64,000 nucleotides of DNA from positions 67,394,001-67,458,000 of the forward strand of contig OZ024740.1 of NCBI GenBank assembly GCA_964016885.1, read 5' to 3'. A program made the position numbers and the translations under genes. Below the pieces are notes generated by a model. The model worked only from the letters and a program-made list of their open reading frames with translations. It was not told the origin of the DNA and ran no database searches. This DNA comes from Eledone cirrhosa (lineage: Eukaryota). How positions within the stretch are numbered: position 1 is the first letter of the stretch; the number at the start of each line of letters is the position of its first letter. Shown here piece after piece: positions 12,968 to 26,129 of this stretch.

Positions 12968-13165
12968 TATAAATTCGTATATCTAAAGATATACGGTAAG
13001 CTTAATAGATAAACATTTTGAAAGCTCAGCTATGAATATCGAAATGGTGATTGCCAGCAGAAGCAAAGGAAAACTATCTATGCGCATGTTGAGTTTCTTG
13101 CACTCATCAGGACAGTGTTCTCTGATGGAGATTGAAACAGGCGAAAATATATAGTTATATCGTCT
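12968..13165 (-). repeat. Dispersed repeat (homologous to 14935-15152) with decayed hammerhead at 13073-13116
   Basis: Shared ttcgtatatctaaagatatacggt; minus strand ACTGTC-CTGATGA-gtgcaagaaactc-AACA-TGCGCA-TA-GATAGT (GAAA mutated). Confidence 0.6.
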
Positions 13166-13255
13166 ATGTAGGTGGGCTGATTAGCCTCATTTGCATATGA
13201 ATCTGTATAAGTGTGCTCAAGTTAAGAGTAGTTTTAAAATTTAGCTTCGGCATAG

Positions 13256-13302
<47 letters not shown>

Positions 13303-13306
<4 letters not shown>

Positions 13307-13646
13307 TGTATATATAATGTATTTTGCAATACACTTTATGCTTAATTAACACCATTTTGAAGACCGTATGCTATTGTTTTAGAGTAGTGACAGACTCACT
13401 TACTTTAATCTCAGCAATCAGGGGCAGATAAAGCCGACAAGGCCTTGTTTCTGCATTTGTTGATGCTTATCAAGGCCAACTACTCCCTCCCGTCCGCTGA
13501 GATCACAGATGTTATATTCTTATAGGATTCTAGTAAATAATCAGGAACTGATTATACAGAGCGGTTGCCATACGGTTGCATACGGTCTTCAAAATGCTTT
13601 TAATTAAGCATAAAGTGTATTGCAAAATACACTATATATACATTCA
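13303..13646 (-). mobile_element. Small retrozyme-like element with ~69-bp inverted ends in (TA)n
   Basis: Arms 13303-13371 and 13578-13646; homologous to 32261-32622; contains an HHR. Confidence 0.7.
13433..13476 (-). ncRNA. Minimal type I hammerhead ribozyme, U3-A8 variant
   Basis: GCC-TTGATAA-GCATcaacaaATGC-a-GAAA-CAAGGCCTTG-TC-GGC; palindromic stem III, GUC site, one extra A before GAAA. Confidence 0.72.
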
Positions 13647-13694
13647 TATATATATGGCTATTTCAGAGCTCCAATTCTCATTTATATATATATA

Positions 13695-14915
13695 AGAAAA
13701 CAAGGCGGCGGTCCCTTCTGGGAAATGGGCGTGCTCGGTGTGTAGGAAAGGCGTAGGTAGAAACTCCATTTTATGTCCTAAATGCAAAGTATGGGTGCAT
13801 AAAAGATGTAGTGGGATCACAGGTAAGCTAACTAAGAACATAGATTTTACATGTGGCCGGTGTTCTGGTGCAATAAGTAGCAGCAAGTGCCCACAAAATA
13901 CTAGCTCTTTCAATTGCGCAGAGGGTTCTATAGAAATAGTGGACAGCTTCCGTTACCTGGGAGATAAAATCAGCAGTGGGGGAGGGTGCTCTGAAAGTAC
14001 AGTAGCTAGAGTCAGAACTGGTTGGAAAAAGTTCAGAGAGCTTATACCACTATTAGCTGCTAAAGGGTTCTCCCTAAAAATGAAAAGCAGGTTGTACGAT
14101 GCCTGCATACGAACAGCAATGTTGCATGGCAGTGAGACCTGGGCATTTTGTGCAGAGGATATACGCAGACTAGAGAGGAACGAAACTTGCATGCTCCGCT
14201 GGATGTGTAACAGTAATATACGTGAACGGCAAAACATAAACGAACTAAGGAAAAAATTAGAGATAAGAGGGATCAGATGTTGTTTACTCGAGAGAAGGCT
14301 ACGTTGGTATGGACACGTGATGCGCATGAAAGTCGATAGCTGTATAACAAAGTGCAGGGCAATAAAGATAGACGGTAGCCACGGAATAGGCAGACCTAGC
14401 AAAACCTGGGACGAGCTGATAAACTCCGACCTCACACACTTACACCTCTCCAAGACAATGTCACTGGACCGAGACCTTTGGCGGTACTCAGTAACAGAGA
14501 AGACCCGCCTTACCTAAATATATAGTAAAACCTACTCCAGCCAGTTGGCATCTCTAACAAAATACACCCCGTCCCACCCCAACCACCCCCACCCCATCCA
14601 CACCACCCCGTTCTATGTAAAGTTATGTTGGTGCCGCGCCATCCAGGCCAAAACAAATGAGATCGTGTAGGTGTCACGACAAAAAAACACACAGTCCACG
14701 CTGTAATGTGGCCGTGTAGGCAACACGGTAAAAACGTCCCAGACCCACACTGTAAATGTGGTTGGTGTTAGGAAGGGCATCCAACTGTAGAAAACCTGCC
14801 AGACAGTCCTATGCGAGCAAGACAATCACTCTTGCTTCAAGTGGGACTACCCCCGTCCAAACCCATGCAAGCGTGGAACACGGACGTTAAACGTTGATGA
14901 TGATGATGATGATGA
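13695..14915 (+). mobile_element. 5'-truncated RTE-type LINE with Cys-rich PHD-like insert and (GAT)n tail; open frame to 14517
   Basis: CSVCRKGVGRNSILCPKCKVWVHKRCSG, FRYLGD, MLHGSETW, RLRWYGHVMRM, GRP.KTW; tail gatgatgat at ~14896-14914. Confidence 0.85.
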
Positions 14916-14934
14916 TATATATATACACACATAT

Positions 14935-15152
14935 GTGAATTTCGTATATCTAAAGATATACGGTATGCTTAATAAATAAACTGTTAGAGAGCCAGCTATG
15001 AATATTGAATGGCTAACGGCCAGCAACATCTGGTGGACCCCACCAGAGGCAGCAGGGATCAACTGTCAATGCGCATTTCGAGCTTCTGGACCTCATTAGG
15101 GCAGTGTTTCTCCTAGTGTCTGCTGGAATTTGGAACAGACGAAATGTCACTT
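14935..15152 (-). repeat. Dispersed repeat with decayed hammerhead at 15062-15105; its right end recurs inverted across (TA)n at ~15293-15324
   Basis: Minus strand ACTGCC-CTAATGA-ggtccagaagctc-GAAA-TGCGCA-TT-GACAGT (G5 mutated). Confidence 0.6.
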
Positions 15153-15285
<133 letters not shown>

Positions 15286-15436
15286 CGATATATATAAAGT
15301 GACATTTCGTCTGTTCCAAATTCCGAACCATTGACCACTTTGCCGCACATTTCGAAGATTGTTTTTCGTTATTTCGTGGGTCGAAGTTCCGATTCTCGAT
15401 AATTTTATTTGTATATATATATATATATATATATTA

Positions 15437-18400
15437 TTTGGAAAGTGAGGTTTTTTTACAAAATGAAAAATAACTGAGGTGTCCTACACGAGTGAATGTA
15501 TAAAGAAAAAAGATCAAATCGAAAATGCAACTGGAGTGTTATTTAAAAAATATATATATATACTTATTTGGTTCCTTTACTGGTGTAGCAGTTCTTCTGC
15601 TTTTCAAAATTAGAGTTGAGATGGACGGTCTGTGGTTTTTCTCACATCTGGTTGGTCTTTGAATGTTACTTGTTTTATATGGAAAAAAGTGGCTCGAAAC
15701 GCCAGGATTTTAGAGAAGTAATTTGGTCAATAAGTCTAATAAATTTCGCGCCAGTTCGCGTTACAAAGTTCTTCAAACAGGGGGGGGCGCGCTCAGGTTG
15801 TTTTTCCATATATGAGTGTTTGAATTTCTTTTTACTTAAAAAAGGGGCTCACGAAGGCTTTTTTTTTTATAAATGTAATTTGATTGGTTATAAATGAAAT
15901 TATGGCTGTCACGTGAACAAGTTCATTAAATATCGCGCCCGTATTTGGGAATTTATTTTGTATCCTTTTAGAGAATTTTATGACAAGCAAAATATAATGG
16001 TCAAGAGAAATGGGATGGGAGGATTGTTCTGGTTCAGTGAATATGGCTGGTTCGCTGGGGTGTCAGAATTCAGATTTTCTATTGAAATAAAGAAAGTAGA
16101 GATATGTATGTTTATTTGTGTGCTTGTGTGTGTATGTGTGTGTAGGAAAGTGATTCTATTAGTAGAAATGGGAGAGGGGGTTGTGTGTGTGGGGGTGGGG
16201 GTGGTTATGTGTGTCTGTATGGGTGTTATGTGTGTGTGTCAGTATGGTTAGCATGTTTAGATGAAGAGAATAGTGTGTGTGCGTGTGTAGGAAAATGATT
16301 CCGTTAGTAGGAATATTTTTGAATGAACATATTTTCCTTCCTTATTCGTATTTGGTCTCTTGTATTGTCCGCGCAAACGTATGTTATGTTTTATTTAGTT
16401 CGTGTTTTTATTTTCTAAAGTAGAAGGTGTTATGTGTGTGTGTATGTGTCTGTTTGGATGGTTAGCATGTTATGATGTTGACATAATGTGTATTAAACCA
16501 TATTTAATGCTGGTCTATATTTTTGAATAAACATATTTTCCTTATTTATTCGTATTTGTTCTGTTGTATTCTCAGCGCAAAGGTAGAATGATTGTCTAAT
16601 TATTTGGTCCCACACACTCGACCAACTGAATGATTTCAAAAAACTTAATAAACGGCATCAATAACCACATCCAATTCACAATGGAATACAACCAAAATCA
16701 ACTCCCATTTCTGGACATCTTAAATCTTTAAAAAAGACACAAATATTGAAACTGACATACACTACAAACCAACAGATTCCAAACAATACCTGCTATTCAC
16801 TTCCAACCATCAAAAGCACACGAAGACGAACATTCCTTTTAACCTAGCAAGAGGAATGTGCACAATAGTCTCCAATTATAAAACGCGAAATAAAAGTCTT
16901 CAAGAATTAAAGGAAATTCTACTCGAAAGACAGTACCCACCATTACTAATAAACAATGGAATAGAAAGGGCTAAAGAAATAGGCATTGATGAATTACGAA
17001 AACAGAAACAAATTCAAGGTACGTCCACTATTCTATCATATATCTCAACACACAACCCAAGAAATGCGGAAGCTTACAACATTATTCACAAGAACATCCC
17101 ACTACTGAAACAAGACCCAAGAATGAAAAAAGCCCTTGAAACACACAAAATAATCAAAAGCAAAAGACAACCGAAATCACTGAAAACATTACTCACCAAT
17201 GCCAAATTACCTACCATAAACCCACAAACAACTGTCAACAAATTTGGTCGCTCTAATTGTGGAACCTGCACCAACCTCATTGAAGGCAACACGTATACAT
17301 TTAAATCAGAACAAAAGTTTGCTGTAAAAAGTCACTTCACTTGCTCATCAAAAATTCTACTTTATGCCATTAAATGTAAAGGATGCAATGAAGATTATAT
17401 AGGACAAATTAAACTCACACTCAGAAATAGAATGACAGTTCATCGCCAACAATTACGAGATCCAACCAAGAGACAGATACCTCTAAGCGCATATCTAGAC
17501 ATATGCGGAAGTAACAAGACACGCACATTCCAAGTCATCCCATTTTACCTTTGCGTTGACAATACAATAAAACCAATACGAATAAATAAGGAAAATATGT
17601 TTATTCAAAAATATAGACCAGCATTAAATATGGTTTAATACACATTATGTCAACACCATAACATGCTAACCATCCAAACAGACACATACACACAAACATA
17701 ACACCTTCTACTTTAGAAAATAAAAACCCGAACTAAATAAACCTTAACATACGTTTGCGCTGACAATACAACAGAACAAATACGAATAAGTAAGGAAAAT
17801 ATGTTCATTCAAAAATATTCCTACTAAAGGAATCATTTTCCTACAACACACACACAATATATATATATTCTCTTCATCTTAACATGCTAACCATACTCCC
17901 ACACACACATAACACCCATATACACACACACATAACCCCCTCCATACACACACACACAACTCCCTCTCCCATTTCTACTAATAGAATCACTTTCCTACAC
18001 ACATACACACACACAATATATATATATATATTCTCTCCATCTTAACATACTCCCACACACACACACACACATAACTCCCATATACACACATACACAACTC
18101 CCTCCCCCATTTCTACTAATAGAATCATCTTCCTATACACACACAAGCACACAAATAAACATACATATCTCTACTTTAGAAAATCTGAATTCTGACACCC
18201 CAGCGAACCAGCCATATTCACTGAACTAGAACAATTCTCCCATCCCATTTCTCTTGACCATTATCTTTTGCTTGTCATAAAATTCTCTAAAAGGCTACAA
18301 AATATATTCCCAAATACGGGCGCGATATTTAATGAACTTGTTCACGTGACAGCCATAATTTCATTTATAACCAATTAAATTACATTTATAAAAAAAAGCC

Positions 18401-18762
18401 TTCGTGAGCCCCTTTTTTAAGTAAAAAGAAATTCAAACACTCATATATGAAAATACAACATGAGCGCCCCCCCCCCCCTTGTTTGAAGAACTTTGTAACT
18501 CGAACTGGCGCGAAATTTATTAGACTTATTGACCAACCAATCAAATTACTTCTCTAAAAACCTGGCGTTTCGAGCCACTTTTTTCCATATAAAACAAGTA
18601 TCATTCAAAGACCAACCAGATTTGAGAAAAACCACAGACCCTCCATCTCAACTCTACTTTTGAAAAGCAGAAAAACTGCGAAACCGGTAAAGGAACCAAA
18701 TAAATATATATATTTGTTTAAAAATAAGACTCCAGTTGCATTTTCATTTTCATCTTTTTTTG
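15437..18762 (+). mobile_element. 5'-truncated Penelope-like element with ~1.1-kb inverted pLTR/3' copy at its 5' end
   Basis: 15437-16590 is largely the reverse complement of 17540-18762; body 16595-17638 encodes RT C-terminus and GIY-YIG; flanked by TA-rich tracts. Confidence 0.88.
16595..17638 (+). pseudogene. Penelope-like RT thumb and GIY-YIG endonuclease (Neptune/Nematis-like Cys linker), partial and frameshifted
   Basis: IQFTME...LPFLDI, TDIHYKPTDSKQYL.F.S.H, then RSNCGTC, FTCSS..LYAIKCKGC.EDYIGQ...LRNRMTVH, EN.FI. Confidence 0.85.
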
Positions 18763-21270
18763 TTTATATATATATAGAGAGAGAGAGATTTACTGTGGCG
18801 AACGCACTTCTGGTGTATTTTCCCAGTTTATACCAATGCTTACGTTGTAAGAGAAGAGTGTCGTTGAATGACAGTATGACAATGTATTGCTGATAGCCTG
18901 TTTTCTCAAATCCGAAGAACGAAAGGAAAGTTAATCCAGTGAGAGTTCAACTCATAACGTAAATGGGAGGTTAAACATTTTTCTCGTACTACTCCATTTC
19001 AACTGAATACTATTTTTGTTCTAAATATATTGACATTTAACTCAAACACAACAGCACACAGTTGGGAATTTAGAGGAAGAAGAAGTGATTAAATTAATGC
19101 TGTAATTGTCTGATACTTACTTTATGAAACCCAAAGGAAGTTAAGACTAAATTGATCCCTGTAGGAATTGAACCTAGAAAGTAAATTGACATATTTAAAT
19201 ACCATACGGCAAACACTTTAACGATTTTCTCATCTCTCGTTCTGATCGCGCTGATGATATTGGCGATAATTTTCACATTTAATACTATATAACGCAGAAG
19301 TAAGAACTATAATTCGAGTATTGTTGCAAAAGCAGAATATTTATTACTTTACTTCTGCAACGTTTGAGGCATTTTAATATAGTGAAAAATACCAAGTAGT
19401 TACTATCTTTTGAGAACATTTTTACGAGAAACCAAGTGTAAAGTGGACTTTGTTTTATAGCCTGTTCAGTTTACGGTTCCCTGGTGTTACTTTAAGTCAC
19501 ATTATTTGCCTGGTAATATAGCTTAGGGAACTAAGAAGAGAAAAAATGCGATATAGAGATTTGCAGGTTGTTTCAGTCCTGATAAAAGCTAAATAATTTT
19601 TTTAATGACCCAGAACTAAAATATTCATGACGATGAATTATAATGGACTATGAGATACTTCGTAGGAAATAATGACTATTTCGTTGTTTACGATATTGCT
19701 ATTTTTTTTCAGCTAATTGTGTAGTTGTTTTTGTTATTCTTTACTGACTAGGTTATCCCTACTTGAGCAGGCTTATAGTCAAAGGCATTCAAACCATGAC
19801 TCTCCTGTCTTTCTTGAAATATTTACAGTATGAATACTGTCTATAAGTATGTTATTTTTTGCAAGATTTGGCTGTAATTTCCAGCAAGTCATGTCTTCAT
19901 TTTATCGGAGTAGTTATGGTAGAGCATTGTCTAATGTTTGTAATACAAAAAGTGGAATAAAAAATACATTTCATGTGGTGATGAATAAGCCAAGCCCAGC
20001 AAGTCTTTTCTGAAACATTGGACTTACTTGTGGCAAGCTAACCTTTTTCACTTAGAGATTTTTTTCCGACAGAAGCTGTTAGTAATTTCCTCTAATTTCC
20101 TCTAATTCTAAGTGTTTCTAACAATTTTGTTTCAGTCAGAAGCATCGTATCTCTTGAATTACATTTATCCAATGTACCTATGTCTTTGGAAAATGATAAA
20201 TTGCAATTTAATGGAGGATTGCAGCGATGTCTAGTAACTTGATATACTAAAATCAGTACCGCTAATAATGAAAGAAGTAGATATGAAACAAGAATATGAA
20301 TAATTACATAAACAATTCTACCAGGGTACAAAGGTATATATAAAGTTCAAGCTTTAACACTTCTACGGGCTACGTTAGACACCTTCATATAAATAACCCC
20401 ACCCAAATGATACACTATCTACGCAACACGTATATCAAATATTCTATACCACTGTATATCAGAGAAATCATATGTGTCAGAGAAAAATATAAGGTGTTCT
20501 GCAAGATAGGTATCTTTTAATAGACGTGTTTGCATATTTGCTTTAATTTATATGAATACCTTTTCCATGTCCTGAAATAAATTTGGGAAAATCGTATACA
20601 GGTCACTCGATGAAATATTTTGGGACCCACAATTCATAAACACTCACACTAACCAAACAACAGATATTCTACAAGATTGCCTAGGCGCGATTGGAACTCA
20701 GAATGTAAAAAGCTGGAACAAAATGAAAACCCCCAAAACATGATGTTTTATCCAGCACTAACAATTCTGCCAGATGATAGTATAAAAATATTTGGACAAT
20801 GAACATGAATATGAAAAATACGTACGTTAATATATGTGCGTGTGTGTATGTATGTATTTTACGTGTCAATCAACTCCTGCGTGCGTAATAAATGTAGAGC
20901 TTATATGTGTACATATATATTTTGTATGTGAGATTATACAGAATAAATAACAGAGACATACAGGCACACATATTGATACAAAACAAGAAGGATTAACAAA
21001 CAAAAAAATGTGCAACAACACGGTAACAGAATGAATACACATTATACAACACACACACACACACATACACACACACATACACACACACATATATACACAC
21101 ACTCACACACCCACACACACACGTGTGGCTGTGCACGCGCCAGTGTGTCTATATACTATATTACATTACATATACATCTACACGCATGAAGAATATCTTA
21201 ATGTCTTGTATATATAAAGTGATTTCATATATATATATATATATATATATGAGTGAAATTGATCGAATCC

Positions 21271-21346
<76 letters not shown>

Positions 21347-21977
21347 GTAAAGTATCCGATCAATTTCACTCACCCAAAACGTATCCTGGTTTTAAATATT
21401 TCTTATTTATACATTTAGTTTTTCCGATTAGAAATAAACGAGTGATTGATATTTTAAGTTGATTTCATTTTATGGAGTTTTTGCTGAGAGAAAGAGCTTT
21501 CATTGAACAGGGCTAATAATATAAAATCCCAAATGAAAGCTGAATTATATAAGATTATCAACAGTATTATTATTATTCACATTATATATTGTTATTATTG
21601 TTGTTGCTGCGATTGCTACTCCAGCTGTTATTGTTGTTTATATTATTATCATTATCTACATTATTAATATTCTTTTTATTTTTCCTAAAGAATAAAATAA
21701 TATTCAAATGATAATAGAACGATTGATTTTATCACCAAATCTACAAAATTTTATGTTTGCAAATGATAAGCAATTTCTTCTGATTTAGATTGTTAGTGGT
21801 GTTTGTGTTGTTTATATAGAATCTTATTGTGGTATGTCGGTAGGGTTTTATGTCCATTTTTGTGACTTGTTGTCATTGTTGTTGCTAAGAATATTGAATA
21901 TTGAAATGTGTTTGAAGTATGTGCGTTTGTGTACTTTTAGATATATGTATGCATGTATATATATATATATATATATA

Positions 21978-22021
21978 TATTAAAATCTAATTTTCTGATT
22001 TTGTTATTGCACACACACACC

Positions 22022-22115
<94 letters not shown>

Positions 22116-22160
22116 GGTGTGTGTGTGCAATAACAAAATCAGAAAATTAGATTTTAATAT
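21978..22160. repeat. Inverted repeat enclosing (CA)n-(TA)n-(TG)n
   Basis: ttaaaatctaattttctgattttgttattgcac ... gtgcaataacaaaatcagaaaattagattttaa. Confidence 0.8.
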
Positions 22161-22235
22161 ATATATATATATATAAACTCATTCGCACACATGAATATGT
22201 GTTTGTGTAGAGAGATGTGTATAAACACACACATA

Positions 22236-22269
<34 letters not shown>

Positions 22270-22919
22270 AGGTCAATTTTTCTTCTAGTATAGTTTCATT
22301 AGCTATATCGTGCGATATTATGTCTATTAAATTTTATGTATATTTGTATATATAAATCTCTGAGAATTGTTTCCTACTCCCAGCTACATTCCTAATCAAA
22401 TCTATATTTCCATCTAATCGTCCATTTATCCATTTATAAAGCAACCAACCAGCTTCCAAACAGCCCGCCATCCATCCAAAACATCCATTCATCTATCTAC
22501 CCATTCAACCATCGTGCCATTCAACCATTCAACCATTCAACCATTCAACCATTCAACCATTCACCATATTTCATATATTCATTGCTTTCGTGCATCTCTC
22601 CGTACTAATATGTTTTGCAAACCAACTACCTATAAACTAAGAAGGTTAGTCAGATACATTATAATTAAATATATAAATTAGAACCCACCTTTATAACAGG
22701 AGAAGAGAAGGGGCTAGATAGGGATATCGATAATACTTTTTTGAGCCCAGAATTGTTGTAGTGCAAAAGGGAGCTTAATGACACATTAACTGCTTAATGA
22801 ACACAACCACAAGGATATGGTCCGAACGTGGAAGAGCCTAACTCCCACTGTCATCGCCTCCATCTCTCTCGCCCTTCCCATCTCTCTGTTAGTGAGCAAA
22901 TGTGGACCTACATACAAAG

Positions 22920-23525
22920 CAATCTATCTTGCCTACTTTCCTGCCTGCCTGCCTGCCTACCTATGTACTGTCGTATCTACCTAACTGCCTAGCTACCTAT
23001 CTACTTCACTGCCAAGCTACCTACCTATCTACCTACCTACCTCCCTCCCTACCTATCTTCCTATCTACCTATCTACCTACCTCCCAACCTACCTAACTAC
23101 CTATCCACCTATCTACCTATGTACCTAGCTTGCAACCTACCTAACTACCTATCTACCTATCTACCTATCTACCTCCCAACCTACCTACCTCCCAACCTAC
23201 CTAACTACCTATCTACCTATCTACCTCCCAACCTACCTACCTCCCAACCTACCTAACTACCTATCTACCTATCTACCTCCCAACCTAACTACCTCCCAAC
23301 CTACCTAACTACCTATCTACCTATCTACCTCCCAACCTACCTACCTCCCAACCTACCTAACTACCTATCTACCTATCTACCTCCCAACCTAACTACCTCC
23401 CAACCTACCTAACTACCTATCTACCTATCTACCTCCCAACCTACCTACCTCCCAACCTAACTACCTCCCAGCCTACCTACTTCTCTACCTTCCTAACTAC
23501 CTACTTACCTACTTACTTATACCAA
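22920..23525. repeat. CTAC-based minisatellite with higher-order units (ctacctcccaacctacctaactacctat)
   Basis: Directly visible tandem periodicity. Confidence 0.9.
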
Positions 23526-23744
23526 TTTTCCTTGTACTCTAATCTATCTTCCAACTTATCTATCTACATATCTACTTTAGCTAACTAATTAATTACCTTT
23601 CTATCTCCATGAATATATTCATATTTATCTACTGACCAATCTACTGACCTATCATACCCACCTGTGAAAGAAACTATATTCACAACCCTTCCTATCAACC
23701 AACCAATGCTATCAACGCTATTTAAATATGCACCTAGCAACCAG

Positions 23745-23800
<56 letters not shown>

Positions 23801-23823
23801 AATATATATATATATATATATAT

Positions 23824-23872
<49 letters not shown>

Positions 23873-24879
23873 ATGTGAAGCTGGAAATAACACAGAAAAT
23901 ACATTTGGGGCTCTGTTTTTCCTTTTGTTTTTTCCTTTTTTTTTGATTCGTCAAAGTAACATTATTGAAAAAATGAGAGGACAATTCTTTTAAAAAAGAG
24001 TTTTATAATGTATATAAAGTATATAAAGTATATAAAGTATAACCGGTTTCGATGTATTAGTAAAATTTATCTTATCAAATGTTGAGAATCACAATTAAAA
24101 AGAATTAATAAGAATTAAAAACTAAAATTAGTTTTTTTTTATCTTCCTTGTTGAGAAGTAGACTGGAAAAAAATAAAAGGATAAAAAAAATAAAAACAGA
24201 CCCTAAAATATGTTTTCCGTGCTATTTCCAAATTCAACTTTTCTCTATAACCACTGTTTTGTATAGAACCTTATATGCAAATATATACACACTCACATAG
24301 CTATAGATATAACCTGCATTATATTAAAACTGGTTGAATTTTGTAGTTATAATAGAGAAATACACTATCATTGAGATGGACGTTAATGTCGGCTGAAGGC
24401 CCTTAAGTATTTGCTATAAACTGAAGTTCGGTATTTTAGACAACGTTAATTGTGGTTTATTGATTGAATTAAAGCAACTGAACAAAGACCATTTTGTATT
24501 CTGCATATATCTAGGCCACCATAAATGTAGCTATTTAATTGTGAAATCATTAGTTAGGGTTTTTATGTGGATTTTAAATTTATTTCATTCTGTTTGTTTT
24601 CACTGATGTAGCCGCTTTTAATATCATTTATAACAATTTTTTTTCTTGTCCTCTCTGATGTTATTATTATGAACATCATTATCACCATCCACCTCCTCAT
24701 CATCCTCATCATTACCCTAATCATATATCCCCATCACAATCATCATCACCATCATCATCATCATCATATCAGCAGCAGCAACATCATCCCCATAAATCAC
24801 CATCATCCTCGTCATCACCACCATCAACTTCGTCAATGTATCTGAGGAATCATTAGTGTGACAGTATGCACTCTTGGCA

Positions 24880-25920
24880 GAGTAAGACTCCCACATTTAA
24901 TGGCTTCGTTTTAACACCATTTATCCGAACACAATTACTCGAATATTCCTATAAAAAGATCACTGCAACAAGATGGTGATCATCCACCACAAACTCCTGC
25001 AGAACCTTCCACAGTTGGTCTCATGGAACGCAGTCATATAGCTTTTCGATGGCTACAAAGCAAGAATACACCTCTTGGTTGTACCCCAATGACTTTTCAA
25101 AGCATGCCGCTCAGTGAATATATGGTCGGCTGTACTACGTCCGGGGCGAAAACCACACTGTACATCAGCTAGCTTGTACTCGACAGTCTCCCTACATTTC
25201 ATTGCCAGTCACTTATTATAAACTTTACCGGGGAGGCTTAACAAGATTCCTATATAACTGGAGCAATCTCTTTTTTCCTCCGTTTATGAAAATTGGACTT
25301 ATCACTCCCGATTGTCATTCCTTAGACGCCTTTCCAGAAATCCAGACCACACGGCACGTTCGAGACAGCTAGAGATTACTTTCTCTATTTAAGGCTTTTA
25401 ACAGCTCAGGCCGAGTTACGTCCTTCCTAGTGGACTTTCCCCAGTTCTTTAATTTCTCTTGTGACCTCTGCTTCCGAGTGATTTGTCATCCCTCCCAGAT
25501 GCACCTCATGTAGATCAGAAGTTGCTGTAGTCAGCAAAGTATTCTCTCCACCTTGCGATGATGCACCTCTCTGACAGAAAAAAGCGATCGCTAATGAAAG
25601 TAGTCGAAATGGGGTTCCTCCGAAGGGTGTTCGGTGTAATGTTACTCGATTGAGTGTGTAGTTCGGAGATGAGAAAATCGTTCGAAGTAGAGCCGCTACT
25701 TTATCCAATTGAAAAATCATAGCTCCGATACTTTGGGCATGAGGTTAGAATGTGCCAGGAAATAATTTCTAGGCAGATTTTACGGACAAAACGAAACGTC
25801 GGAGATCCAGGATTAGACCCCGTGTATGATGATTGCATAACATCCATGAGCTTGGCTGATCTCACTTGAAGAGTACTCGAGGATCTTCTCAAGAAGAAGA
25901 AAAAGAAGTAGAAGAATTCA
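24880..25920. pseudogene. Degenerate RTE LINE with inverted 5' part: RT on minus strand (~24880-25560), 3' end on plus strand (~25575-25920) with (GAA)n tail
   Basis: Minus: LADVQCGFRPGRSTADHIF; plus: EMGFLRRVFGV..D.V.S..MR....VEPLL..IEKS.LRYFGH. Confidence 0.72.
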
Positions 25921-26129
25921 TATTCTTGCGGCTCTTGCGTACTGAGTTTCAATCCCGTCGGTGTAAACTTTGCCTTTTATCCTCTCAGACACAAGAAAAG
26001 AAAATCCCAGTCCAGTACTAAAGTCGATTAAATTGACCTTTCCCTTCCCTACATTTCTGGTACTATACCTAAATCTGGGCAGAGGGAGTGATCTATTATC
26101 TCCCCCCCCCCCCCAAAAAAAAAACTAAG

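Noticed and set aside
18478-18526. Possible hammerhead in the Penelope 3' arm (ttgaaga...cgcgaaatttattagac)
   Set aside because: Could not form a consistent core and stem II by eye
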